Assembly (NCBI RefSeq): GCF_009914755.1
Contig: NC_060942.1
DNA from: the human T2T-CHM13v2.0 reference genome, Homo sapiens
Strand: one strand, 5' to 3'
Length of the DNA: 64,000 bases
The notes below the pieces were generated by a model. It did not search any database and was not told the origin of the DNA. It worked only from the letters and a program-made list of their open reading frames with translations. Positions 1 through 12,600 of the stretch are shown in pieces. A program made the translations under genes and the position numbers. Numbering within the stretch: the stretch's first letter is position 1; the number at the start of each line of letters is the position of its first letter.

Positions 1-169
1 TTTGAGTGTAAAATCCCCACAACTTTCTGTGTTTATCTCCTGTTTGGTTTCCTTCTTTAACTTATCTTTCTTATTTTTGTGTCTCTTTGCTTCCACATCT
101 GTGAAGAGTTTAGAGGCACCTGTATAGTTTTAGGGCACAGTCCCTGATACTACCCTGACTTCAATGATA

Positions 170-670
170 AGTTCAGGGGTTCCCAAAGCTGCCCCCAGTT
201 TCAATAAATGTGCTGGGAGGACTCCCAGAACTCACTGAGCTGGTGTCCTCGTGGCTTTGGTTTGTTACAGGAACAGGACCTGGGTTGTCTGGGGAAGCCA
301 TGCATAGGTGGCGGTGGGGACGCACACAGGGCTTTTCAGTGTCCTGATCACACGGAGTCAGGAGATGAGACTCTGTCCTCTCTCAACAGCAGGAATGACA
401 ATGAGCATGGAGATTGTCCAACATGGGAGCTCCCCGAGCTCGGTGTTCAGAGTCTCTACGGGGCCTCCACTACATGGGCGAGGTAAGTCCACCGTTTGGT
501 CCGTGTGGTTTAGCTCGGTCCCCATGTCAGTGGATCCTGTGCAACCCAATGTCCCCATCTGAATCACCTTTTGCCATCCGGCCAGCCCAAGACCCCCAGG
601 CAGACAAAGATCATCCTGCAGGAGCCAACCCTACACCTTTTGGGGGCAAAGTTAAGTTCTTTACTACCCA
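170..670 (-). mobile_element. ERVL-type LTR, MER21/MER77-like
   Basis: GGGGTTCCCAAAGCTGCCCCCAGTTTCAATAA...GGACTCCCAGAACTCACTGA and the end GGCAAAGTTAAGTTCTTTACTACCCA resemble the recalled MER21C/MER77 antisense consensus. Confidence 0.6.
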
Positions 671-959
671 ACACGCAGGAGCTGTCCCTGCGTTAAAGAC
701 AGTTTATCACCTCCACACAGGAATCCCAGGATGGCATGTCAGTCAAACCTGAATTTGACTACACTGTCACTTAATACCTGTATAATTTTGGATAGTAACT
801 TAGCTCTGCTCAGCCTTGCTTTTTCACAGTGACAGGCACAGTACCTCAAATGCCGTAGCACTCAGAATTTGTCACCTCACCATGATTATTACAAAGCAAT
901 CTGTCTCCTTCATGCTACCCTAAAAAGTTATCTAAGACCCTCTGAATTTCATAGATTTC

Positions 960-1240
960 CTCCTCCATTCAGCAAACACTCACTGGGCTTTCATCAGCCT
1001 TAGTCTCTCTTTTAAGGGACTGATACATGAATGAAAAAACAGTCTGTACCCACAAGGGGCTTGCACTCTGGTGGAAAGAGAGAGAAGGTAAACAGACACA
1101 CAAATGCACTATTATGAATGCCACAGCAGGTGTTTTTACAAAGGAAAGTACATCTCACTGGTAAAGTTGTGGAGGTTTCAGAAGAAAGAAAACACATGTA
1201 TTAGAACAAAAGATAATTTGCAAAATGAGGAGAGCATTCT
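960..1240 (-). mobile_element. L2 LINE fragment
   Basis: CATTCAGCAAACACTCACTG...GATACATGAATGAAAAAACAGTCTGTACCCACAAGGGGCTTGCACTCTGGTGG is typical of an antisense L2 3' region. Confidence 0.55.
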
Positions 1241-1243
1241 GAG

Positions 1244-1728
1244 TGTGATGGTTGGTTTTATGTGTCTGCTTGATTAGACTAAGGGGTGCCCAGGAAGCTG
1301 GTAAAACATTATTTCTGGGTGTTCCTTTTGGGTGCTTCCAGATGAGATTCTCATTTTACTCAGTAGACTGAATAAATGAGACATCAGCTCTCACCCATAT
1401 GGGGGACCTCTTCAGTCTGTTGAGGCCTAAATAGAGCAAGAAGGCAGTGGAAGGTGAATTCACGCTTTCTGTGAACTGGGATATCCATCTTCTGCTGCTG
1501 GAGTTCCTGGTTCTAAGCCTTTGACCTTGGCCTGAACTACACCATTGGTTCCCTTGGTTCTCAGGCCTTTGGGGTTGGACAGGGCCTTACAGCCCTTGCA
1601 CATGGCAGGTCATGGGACTTCTTGTACTCCGTGATCACATGAGCCAGTTCCTCATAATAAATCTCATCCCTCTCTCTCTCTCTCTCTTCTCTATAGTTCT
1701 GTTTCTCTGGAGAACGCTGGACAGATAG
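1244..1728 (+). mobile_element. MLT2 (ERVL) solo LTR
   Basis: Starts TGTGATGGTTGGTTTTATGTGTCTGCTTGATTAGACTAAGGGGTGCCCAG; has AATAAA and a (TC)n tract; ends GTTCTGTTTCTCTGGAGAAC. Confidence 0.85.
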
Positions 1729-1782
1729 AAAAGCTTAGGTCTGAAGAGTGAGAAATGCTCACATATTCTCAATCATGCACGT

Positions 1783-2161
1783 TGCTATAGATTGAATTCC
1801 TCCCACCCAAATTCATATATTGAAACCCAACTTTCCAATGTGACTTTAAGAGGAGGTGTGACTCCTGGGAAGGGCATAGGTTAGATGAAGCCATGCATGT
1901 GAGGCCCCCGTGATGAGATCTTATGAAAAGAGGAAGAGACGCCACTGCTCTCTCCTCTCTTTTTGGGCACCTGCCATGAGAAGGCACATTGAGAAGCCAG
2001 CCGTCTGTGAATCGGGAAGGGAGCCCTCACCAGAACCCAGCCCAGCTGTACTCTGGACTCGAACTCCCAGCCTCCAGAACTCTGAGAGGTAAATTTCTGT
2101 TTTTTATAAGCCACCTAGGCCATATAATATTTTGTTTTGGCCACCAGAGTGGACTAAGACA
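1783..2161 (+). mobile_element. MaLR solo LTR, MLT1A-like
   Basis: TGCTATAGATTGAAT...CAAATTCATATATTGAAACC...CAGCCTCCAGAACTCTGAGAGGTAAATTTCTG...GACTAAGACA, with TG...CA ends. Confidence 0.85.
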
Positions 2162-2524
2162 CTGATGTAATAAAATTGTTTCAGCAGTGAAGTGTAAAAC
2201 AAAACACACTGAGAACTTCTGCTTTCAGCCCTGGGAGCCCCTGAAAGCCTCAGGCACGGGAATGACAAGTTGAGCAGCAACAGAGCACAGACAGGAGAGT
2301 AAAGCTGGGAGCCTGGGAAGGTCCCAAGTAGCCTGGACGGGGCCTGTGTGGATGAGGGTGTGTCGGGGGAGGACACCAGATGTGTTTAGGAGGAAGGAAG
2401 GAGAACCTAGCTATGGCCGGCATTTGGCTGGTAAAGAGATGCCTTCTCAGCAGCATCAAAGCATCGTGACCTTCTCTGAGTGGAGAAAAGAAAGAGGTGT
2501 GGGCAGAAAAGTTGCCAGGGAACA

Positions 2525-2665
2525 GTGCAATGGTTAGGAACATGGGCTGTCATCACAGAGAGCATGGGTTCAAATTCTGGCTCTAGCAGTGACCACCGGT
2601 GGCCTCGAGCACATGGGCACGTCAGCATCCCGGTAGGTCCCTCTGCAAAAGGGCAGTAAAGAACC
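2525..2665 (+). mobile_element. MIR fragment
   Basis: GTGCAATGGTTAGGAACATGGGCT...GGGTTCAAATTCTGGCTCT matches the tRNA-derived MIR head. Confidence 0.55.
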
Positions 2666-2761
2666 TAGACAGTCAGTCTGAACAAGTTCCACTCACTGTA
2701 GAGAGTGGGGGATATGCTGGTTCAGATGTGAAGATGTAAGAGCTCTGCCCGACAAGTGCCA

Positions 2762-2892
2762 ACCATGATGGTATGTCCAGGGCCCCCAGCTTGCTGGACA
2801 TATGTCCTCTGATGCACTGGGGGTACATTGTTGACCATGATGGTGTGTCCAGGGCCCCCAGTTTGCTGGACACATGTCCTCCAATGCCCTGG
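2762..2892. repeat. Tandem duplication, 72-bp unit, about 1.8 copies
   Basis: ACCATGATGGTRTGTCCAGGGCCCCCAGYTTGCTGGACA at 2762 and 2834. Confidence 0.9.
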
Positions 2893-5049
2893 GGGTGCAT
2901 TGCAGGCTGTCCCCTCTCTCAGCACCTCAGACTTGCAGGACTTCAGCAACAGCCCTCATGTTCAGCAGGGTGACCCCTGTGAAAGGACTGAGCTCTTAAC
3001 CTGTGTCCTGGTCTCTCCCCAAACAGACCTGGCTGTTCTCACCCTTGGCCCCTGATTCCTGCAGCGTGAATCAAATCTAAAGTCTTCTGGTTCCATCCTG
3101 TTGTGTGGGAAACACAACCCCCTTCCTCTGTGGCCTCCTTTTCCCTCCTGCTGGAGCACCGCTGCTAGGCCTGATCTGCAAAGCTGCAAGGTTGTTTCCA
3201 GCACTTTGGGAACTTAATATGTCTACAGCTTTCACACCAGGCTGCCCCTCTTCTCAAAAGACATCTGAACCTAGCACAGGTTAATTAGATCATTATTTCA
3301 AGAGACAAAAGCTACAAGAAGTCCCCAGCAGCACACACACATTTCCAGTGATGTCAGACTTTAAAATTGTTTGTATTTATTCCCTAAAGAAAGAAGTGCT
3401 GCCACAGTGAAATTATTATTTTTAAAAGTGCTGCAAAAATATTTTACAAACTTTACCTTCAACTGTGATTTCTCCCTCTTAGCAATTCATAATTATATAT
3501 TGCCTTCTCCAAATTCCCAACCTACTGATTCCATTCCTAACAGTGAATGAATCCTTCTAGTTCCTTTCATAATTACTTTAGCTTTTCTCCAGAAAAGCTT
3601 TTTGTTGTTGTTTTACTTCGTGGAAACATATGGCTGATGGTGGGGACTTTACTGTTTCCTAATTTGAAAAAGAAAGCCATCAACTTCCACTCACCTATGA
3701 ATGGGGTATTTCCTCGTCGATGGTCACATCAGAAGAGGGGCCCAAGTGTGCACCCAGCATGTACTAAAAGCCGCAAGTGGAGAGCTGGGGCCATCTGCAG
3801 CAGATGGCCCCACACACAGCGCCACCATGAAAGGCCATTGGAAACAATTAACTCCATTCACGCTAAGCAGAAATAAACAATCACCCATTCAAGTGAGAAT
3901 TAGTTCCACTATCTTTCTCCAAGTCATCAAAACAAAGCTCTCCGAGTTGGGATACCTCCTAAAGTACCTTAGCAGCACGGAACCACACAAACATCCCCTT
4001 GCTTGCCGATTTCTGTAACCCAAGCCAGAGATAACTCGACATTTGCATTACTAATTGCTCTCTTCCAGAACTTGTTGACGCTTGGGTTGGTTTTGAATAG
4101 ACCGCTAAGTGGCTCTCCAGACATAAGCAGGGCCCATCTCACCAACTGCAAACAAGCTCGCCTATCTGTCATCAGGCGGCTATTTCTTTGCTCCAAGAAA
4201 TAGACAGAAAGTCCCCTGAACACTCTAGAGGGATCTGTTTAGATGAAGAGCGTGGGCGGCCACCCTCCCTCCTGCTTTTCTGCTCTGGCGTTGGCTCTTG
4301 ATGCTGAAGGGTCCATGCACCACACCCGCCTCTCTCCTGCAGGAAGTCCCCAGCCCTGGGAGCCCACGCCTCTCCCCTCGTGCCCTCAGTGGGCGCCTTC
4401 CCTATCCATCAGTTGCAGGGACAGGTCTTGGTGCTGGCCTGTTCTCCATAAGCCTCCCCTGCTAATGCGATGCTATGACCATGCGGCCACTGCCCGCTTT
4501 GTCCTGGTACTCCCCAAAAGACTCGGGTTTGAACTGCGGAAACATTTAGGTGAGGGTGGAAGTGCAAGTCGGTGGCATAATTAATTAAGTGATTGCATTT
4601 ATGCGGCTCCTCTGCTTTTGAGTCCAATGCTTAGAAAGTGAAAGGATCTTAGCTGTGTCATCACTAGCATCACAAATGGAGACAACGGGGCGTGTAGGGA
4701 AAGGATAACTGAGAAGAAGATACAACAAGCAGGAGCTGCACACGGCAGGGCCGCAGCCGAAAGACGCCCCAGCAGCAACTGGCATCAAGATTCCTCAGAC
4801 TCCATGAGTCTTGCTGCCAGGGGATAGGGTCGGGGTGAGAAGAAACCCCTAAATCGAGACCTGGCTGCCTTTTGCTGGCCAAACCAACCCCCACACAAAT
4901 GTCCCTAACTTCATTTGTTTTCTAGGCCTGTTTCATAATCTGTGTTTTTCTCCGGCTTAATGCATTCTTCCCCGCCTTTGCCAGATATCCAGTAGTGACA
5001 CAATAACAGGGACACAAACCAGCATTAAAGGGTAATTACCCACACGGCT

Positions 5050-5420
5050 CACTCCCCGAGCAGGGCTGTGGAGACACGTCTCTCCTCTCTGTTCCCTTCC
5101 CCATTCACCTCCCTGCAAAGGCTTTCTCTAAATCCTGCCTGTCCTACAAATCTCAGATTATGGTTAGCATCCTTCAAAAAGCCTTCCGTGGAGGCGCAGC
5201 CCCCATGCTCCGTGGGTAAAGAGTCTGGGCATGGTACCCTGGTGGCATGTGGCTCCTGTGGTGCTTGGCAAGGGGCGGCCTGGCCAGTGTTTCATTTGTC
5301 CCTTTTGCCGCTGAAACCGGAAGCTCCTTGAGAGTATGACCCTTGGATTTCCATCCCCAAGACCTGGTACTCCCTGTGTTTACTGGCACTCCATGCATGC
5401 TTGCTGAACACATGAATCGC
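5050..5420 (+). mobile_element. Degraded L2 3' end
   Basis: GGAAGCTCCTTGAGAGTATGAC...TGCTTGCTGAACACATGAAT resembles the L2 terminus. Confidence 0.45.
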
Positions 5421-8400
5421 TGACTTCCTTCTGCTACTCATTTGGAACCAGAAAATCTACCTTATTTTTGTTTCCATTTTCTTCATCTCGAAGGTGAGGG
5501 GACAATAGCCTTCCTCCCAAGACTGTGGAATAAATAAGAGACACATCGCTCCAAAACATTTTTTTTCGAATGTTTCCACTATAAAAGAACAGCTATATAA
5601 AATGACTTGACAAATATGTAATAAATGTACTTGCAAATCACTTAGAAGGCTTCTTGATGATTTGATGAAGTTTAAAAGTGCCAGGTTGTTGTGATTTCAG
5701 TGTATTTGCCTATTCATTCTCTGTTCCGTTAAGTGGAAAAACCCATTTTAATTCTGGTACAAAGGAGATGCACACTCCTGCTCGGAGTCACTCTAATGAC
5801 ATCAGCCGGGATGAAGCCGTTCCCGCCACTAACATCATCGTCATTACCGCTGGTAAAGGAGTGCTGTACAGCTCAAAAGAATTTCTTTTTTTAAAAAAAT
5901 CAACTTATACCTACAGTAATTTTAGGTATGAAATTAAAGCAGGCAAAAATACCCAACCTTGGTAGATATGACAATCATTAAACGATGATCCCTGACAGTT
6001 TTGGAAAGAGTTCACAGCCTAAAGAAGTTGATTTCTAATTAGACGTGAATTATACTGTTTCCTATATTATGTTTAATTAAAGAATGAGCAAATAGTTGTG
6101 ACAACTGGCGAGATGGTGATTTTGCACCATCTCGGGCTCAGCTACAGCTACAAAAGGGGCATGCAATCAGCAATTGTCTTTAAAAAGAGCACTTAGTGTA
6201 AAATGATTAGTTTCATCAATTTAGACCTATTTTCTTAAACAAATAGAACTACTAAAATCGCTTTGTCTGTTCAGATTAGAAGACCTTTTTACCACAGCAA
6301 AAGAGGACTATTTAAACTCCACTGGTTCTTCTTAAGGGGGCAAATCGCTTCATTTCACACCATTCACTGGCATCGCATTTACCACAAGTCTGAAAAAGTT
6401 TCTCTTGACAGATACTAATTTGCCTAATTTTAGTGTCCCACTATATAAAAACCCTAATTACTATTTATGTTAATCAGAATATTATTTTAATATTCCAGTA
6501 CTTTATTATTCAAAGGAAAATTGCATCTGTAAAATTGTAATCAATGATTTCTGATAATCGGAAAGGTATTTGTATTTTTGTAAATAAAGGAAATGTAACT
6601 TTTAATGGAGGGGAAGGAAGTAGGCTAGCAAACCCAACTCCACTTAATACAGCAATTACGTACACATCTGTAATAAACACGCCCGCCCATACACATTGTT
6701 TTTGCATAATTTGGGTATGTGTAAATGAATGTTTCTTTTTTAAACCAATTTCTGAAACCCTCAGAGTAAGTGTAATGTAAATAGTTTGGAAATCACTATG
6801 CTATATATAAATTGCACAATTTTATAAAAATACATATGTATATGAAAAGTTACACACATATATCAGCATATGTATTTAGAGTTCGGAAGAAAGAAGCTAA
6901 AGCTAGGTCAGACAAATTGCTTTGGATAATATTGTGAGGAATACGTATCACAGATGTAAAGAGACAACATTTTGCGCTTAAAAATCAAGTAATCTAGAGG
7001 AAAAAAGCTCGCTGAATTTGAAATAAAATTGCATGTTGTAATATGTCATTAAAAAATTCAAGACAAGGTCTTAAAAGGTATTGTCAAAATCATTTAATTT
7101 CATGCCACATTATTTAGTGTATTTAAGGCCAGACAGAGGCTCCGAGATAATGCAAATATGTATATTCCTATTGTAATTTCACTTCACAGGTAGCCTAAAT
7201 AAATGCTACAAAGAGTTTGGACTGCCTGCTGTAACTTAAAGCCGAACACTTTTCTAGAACCAGGAGAGTATGTCTAATCATTCTTCCTACTGAAATATTA
7301 TTGTTAACCTAATATTAATTATATTTTCTTAGGTTAGGTTTTATACTATATTTTGTTTTATTATAATATTAATCTATTTTAAAATGGTATATGGATAATC
7401 TAATTTATTGGCTTGTTACATTAGCAAGATATTCACTTCAAGTAACCTGAAATGTATAGAGGCTTTTACATGATACCTTTAATCAATGGGGCTTGAATTC
7501 TTATCAGTGCATTTTGCATTATGATGGAAGACATTGATTAAGTTTTGCTTAATGGATTATCAGATATTATCTTCTGTGCAATTTGTAAAGAATTAGGCTA
7601 ATAATTTTCTGATCTTAAGGTCCAGAAAATTTGGTTGCTTTAATAGGGCGTGATTTATTACTTGTACAATGATCAGTTTGATACAGAGTATGGCAATTAA
7701 ATTTAGGAATGTTGTGTGGTTGCCTGCGAGAGAACATCAAACATAGGATGAATATAACGAAGAAAAGTATTTCCTAGACAGTATTTACGTGGTTACAAAA
7801 TAAATTCATTTAAAGAAAATCAAAAATTAACACTTAACTAACTTTAGAGGAAATTCAGTACTGCTAAAAACTATCAAATTTATATATATATATATGGATT
7901 TCAAAGTAACTTATTAAAGCATGTGATGGGATGATAATATAATATAAAAAGGACACAAGCTTCTTACTGGATAATTAGTACAGTTAATCAATCTGACATG
8001 CTTAAAAAATATAGAGAATATCTAAAGGCTCGATTAAGGGAAAAATAACAACTAAGTATGTGAGGTGATATTTTGTTTCAAGAGAGTATACATTAAGATA
8101 CTTTTTAACTCTGTATAGAGAAATTTGGAATTTTAAAAATGGAAATATAATGAATCTTTCAGGCCTGCAAAAAATTTCAATCAGATTTTAATATCAGTTA
8201 TTACTTGTTTCTTGATTGCTTTCTTTTCCCCTTAATCCAACCTCATTTCTTCTAAAATTACCTCTGCATTATTGCTTTTTTAAAAAAAATACAAGAACGT
8301 TCTTTATATATGTGCGGTGTTTTTATCCTGTGCTTCTTTTTAACCAAATGATTTATTATGTCTACTCTTAGCCCACTCTTTGAAACTGTAAGCATGGCCA

Positions 8401-8899
8401 CTCACACTGAAGTATCTGGGAATACACTAAAATATAATATTGGCCACATTAAATACCAACCAATCTTATAAACATCAATAATGTAAGTTGCATGCACTGA
8501 AAACCTCCGGGTGAAAGTAAAGAACTCAGACATTCATTTGACCAGATCAGACTCTGTCTAAACAGGTAGTCTTGCACAGACCAGTCATTTCCACAATTAA
8601 TACTTTACTAACCATCTGCATTTTCTTACAAGATTATAAGGATAGATAAGAAGCATTAAGTAGACTACATGTTTTTGTGTATACAAATATTATTTTTAAT
8701 TGGAATTATCTTTTCTAGTTAATATAGTTATTTTAAATTAGGGCAGAATACAGAGTAAAATATGCCACTAAACTTCTCAGACACCCAGAGAAAGCCCTGT
8801 GGTGGTTTGTAAGAGGCCTTCCTCCCCAAGTGGCCAAAATGCTGGGCCGTCGTGAAAATGAGAATGGCATTGGGAGCCCTAGAGGCATGGATGCTGAAT

Positions 8900-9040
8900 G
8901 AGTGAATAAATAAATAAATAAATAAATAAATAAATTTTTGGTAGAGATGGGGTCTCTCTATGTTCCCCAGGCTGATCTCAAACTCCTGGGCTCAAGAGAT
9001 CCTCCTGCCTTAGCCTCCCAAAGTGCCACCATGCCTGACC
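8900..9040 (-). mobile_element. Alu left monomer (FLAM-like) with (AAAT)n and a 12-bp TSD
   Basis: GTAGAGATGGGGTCTCTCTATGTTCCCCAGGCTGATCTCAAACTCCTGGGCTCAAG; TGGATGCTGAAT at both 8888-8899 and 9043-9054. Confidence 0.85.
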
Positions 9041-10445
9041 CTTGGATGCTGAATTTAATGGAATGCTAGAAAGTAGCAGATTATGAAAACACTAATTTCC
9101 TGATGGTGATTACCTTTTGAGACACTTATATTTTCTATGAGAGTGAAAACTGGTTTTGTTGAAGGTCATGTATTAATTCTCAATCTCTTTTTGGAGGTGG
9201 CGGCTATTTCACGGTTATATGAGAGCACTTTAAAAAAATTGGAAAAAGAAAGCTTCCTCTTGGAAAGTGTGATTACTCCCAACAATTGACTCCATTCTAA
9301 ACATCTGAAACAGTATAAGCAACGACAGCTGCATTGGGGTAAATACATCAAATATACAGAAATATATAAAACTTAATCATGTCATTTATAGTGTGGCTGT
9401 TAAGCTGCAAATTGCATTGGAAAACGTTAAAAAAAATAAGGAAGGCACCTCAACAATCTGCCCACACAGCTCTTTTACATTAAGCTGGAAACTCATTCTG
9501 CATCCGTGTGAAACAAACTGGATCAGGTTCATAACCAGCACTTGAAAATGTTTTTGTTCTTACTCTGGCTGGTGGAGAGCAGGAGAGCACTCAGCCGGGA
9601 CCGGCAGGATGTTCTCATTCTCCAGCCAGGAGCCGGTTCTGGCCCTCTGTGCGCAGGTAGCAGCAGCGTCGCTGGTGGGGAGGGGAGAGTCTACCTGCCA
9701 GGTCCCAGCTTTAAAAGACCCCAGGAGGAGCAGACTTCTGATTTAGCAGGGTTAGGTAGCGCTGACGAGAGTGCTTTACCCAGCATAGAACCTGGATTCC
9801 TCGGCTCCTGTCATCTTCCAGTAGAGAAACAGACAAGCTCCCGGCATCTCTGTATTGCAGTGGTTGGGTTTGCTGAGTGTGGTCATCGCACCCCTGTGTT
9901 GGAACACGGGATATTTGTTTGATGGTTGTAAATTCTGATATCTATTTCAATCCCTTTTTCAGGACAATTACACTCCCAGCCTACTTGTCTCCACTTCCTG
10001 CAGCCGCACCCACTCTCTAGGATCCTTAAGCGAAGAACAAGCCCAGGGCTGTCCAAAGGAAGGGGGATTTCCACTTCTTATCTTGCCTTACGTTGTATTT
10101 ACACATCCAGTTCAGATGTCAGGAAAGCCGTCTGTCAGTTCAGGCGCGCAGGATGGCACTGGATCCACTGGGCGTGTTGGCCATGTTTGTGATTTCTGGA
10201 CAATTGAGGAAGAGCCATATCTCTTTTGTTGAAAATAGATTTATGGCATATCCATACAACATTTGAAGACCATAACTTTAGCAGTTAATGATTTCATGTG
10301 AGTTTGTACACCAAACCTAGCTCAACATTTCATGTCTCATATAGTTGAATCAAGGTGATTTTCTTTCAGCTAAATATATGTTTGAAAATTATTTCCTAAC
10401 GTAAAGATGGAATTAATCCTTGCCCATCCAGACTTCCATTTGCTG

Positions 10446-10700
10446 TAGTAATAGCTAACACCTACTATGGCCCTGTAATATGCCCAGCATTCTTTGAAAC
10501 ACTCTAAAGGTAGTTAAGTCCTTTAACTCCTAGGGCAGTCCTTATGAGGAAGATGAGAAACCTTTCTGCATTTGACTCTTGCAGAAATAAGAACCAGGGG
10601 AGTGAAGGGGCTCACCCAGTGTCACAGGAGCAGTCAGGGGTGGAGCCAGCGTGTGGACACAAGGCCTCTTCCAGCTGCCCACTGTTTCTATGCTGCCTCT
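10446..10700 (-). mobile_element. MIR
   Basis: TAGTAATAGCTAACACCTACT...GAAGGGGCTCACCCAGTGTCACAGGAGCAGT follows the antisense MIR layout. Confidence 0.6.
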
Positions 10701-12600
10701 CCGCACCCCACCGCAGGTAAGACCCTCCACAGTGTCATCGTGCACCTGCAGAAAGCCTGGAGCCATGTGCAGCCAGGCGTATACCTGGGAAATATACACC
10801 ATCAAGTTATGTCCACTGGAATCTTCGGTGGCAGGATGGAGTTTTTAGACCAAACTCAATGTCTGTGTCTGAATGAATTCTTGGGGGATCAGCAGGTTTC
10901 CCAGTGAAAACTATTACGTGGCTCTGCTACCCCAAACCCCAAACACCCCTCCCCTGGAAACGCTTAGCACTGGAGGATCAGTTGATGCCGCACACTGTGA
11001 ACTACGCTGGCATTGCCCAGATCTGCAAGGGGGGCCCTTCCTTTGTGTTTCCCATCAAGTCAGGAACCTCGAAGGCTTTCTGTGGTTCTCCTGCGCACCA
11101 GCTGCCAGGACCTGACCACTGCACCCACCATCGCCAGCACAGAAAAAATATCACCACTGTATCAGGGCAGATGGTCGGGAACAGCAACAAAACATTCCCC
11201 AACTAGAGCCGCAAACACAAACAGCGCCCATCATGCAGAAATTGCCTTGGCGTGCGGGTCATTGGTGATTTCATTTGTAAGTAACGTTTTGATTGTCACA
11301 GATTATATGTTGCTCTCCTCCCCTGACATTTGTTGTACAGCAGGATTGATTTTTGTGCTCCAGTATGAAAAGGTCACTTTGATCAATGCAGTGTAATTGG
11401 CACTAAATTAGGATCATATCATGTTATTTTGCTATTTAATGATGAAATATTAAAGAAAAGCATTGGTAGATTGCAGGCACTAACGTGCTCTTTAAACCTG
11501 CTGTAATGATGCTTTATCTTGTAAGAGAAAAACAACTAAAGTGCTGAAAATGACTGTGATGTATTGGAAGAGTGGCCTGGAATTATGTATTTTCATTGGA
11601 GATAGACTGAGAGCTCAGACACAAAACACCAGGCCCAGCAGTCAGTCCTGCTCCACTGCACAGAGCAGCAAATACGGAGGCTGTTGATGGCTGTGCTCAT
11701 TAGGTGCCAGTGAGAAGTACGAAGCCTTTCATTCTGCATATAGTAATTATGTTTAAAAACATTTCTGTGCTCTGCATCCACTTATTAGACAAACCTCCGC
11801 TTTTGAAAATCTGCAACTTGGTTATGGTGTCCCAGCTTGCAATGCTTTTCTGTTTCTGGAGAGCGTTCCCAGGCCCTGGCCTGGCCTGTTGGGTTTGCAC
11901 CTAGAGTAATTATAAGCGTCATAAGGAGTGTTAAATACTGTGTGTTATTTCCTCCATTGTAAATAGATGTGTTCCTCCATTATTCTAAAATGTTGTTGAG
12001 CAATAAAAGGCTGCATACAATTATACTTATAAGTGCAGCTAATGTTGCAGGAAATGTGTTTGGTGCTTTGCTGCCATGAAGTATATTATCTAGCTGCAGC
12101 ATGAGCTAAAACGGCTGCTAAAAGATGTTAACCTTTTTAACAGCTAGAAATATGGAACCACAAATATTGATAAAATGATACAGGATGCAGTTTAGTACAG
12201 AAGGGGGGCAGGTGGGGGTGGCTCCCAGGCACGGCAGCAGTGGCGGAAGGCAACCCCTTAAGGACGCCGCGGGGCCGAGAGCAGAGCTCACCCTTGAGTC
12301 TGCAACCTTGGCTCTGAAGGTCCTCGGCCCTTTCTCCAAGGGTAGTTCCAGAATCTTTCAGACAGTAGTTTCAACATCTGTTTGTGGCTTCAAGGACAAA
12401 GAAAATAAAGGTATTGTAACAGAGGGCTTCACAGTAACGTTGACACCTGACCTGCTGTAGCCTCTTCAAAAAATGAAAATAACAGTAATCATTGGGATTA
12501 AAAAATGCTTTTTTTGGTATTAATGTTTGTTGTGGGTTTAATTGTGTCCCCTCTCAAAAATATGTTGAAATCCAAACCCCAGTTACCTTACTTGGAAATA

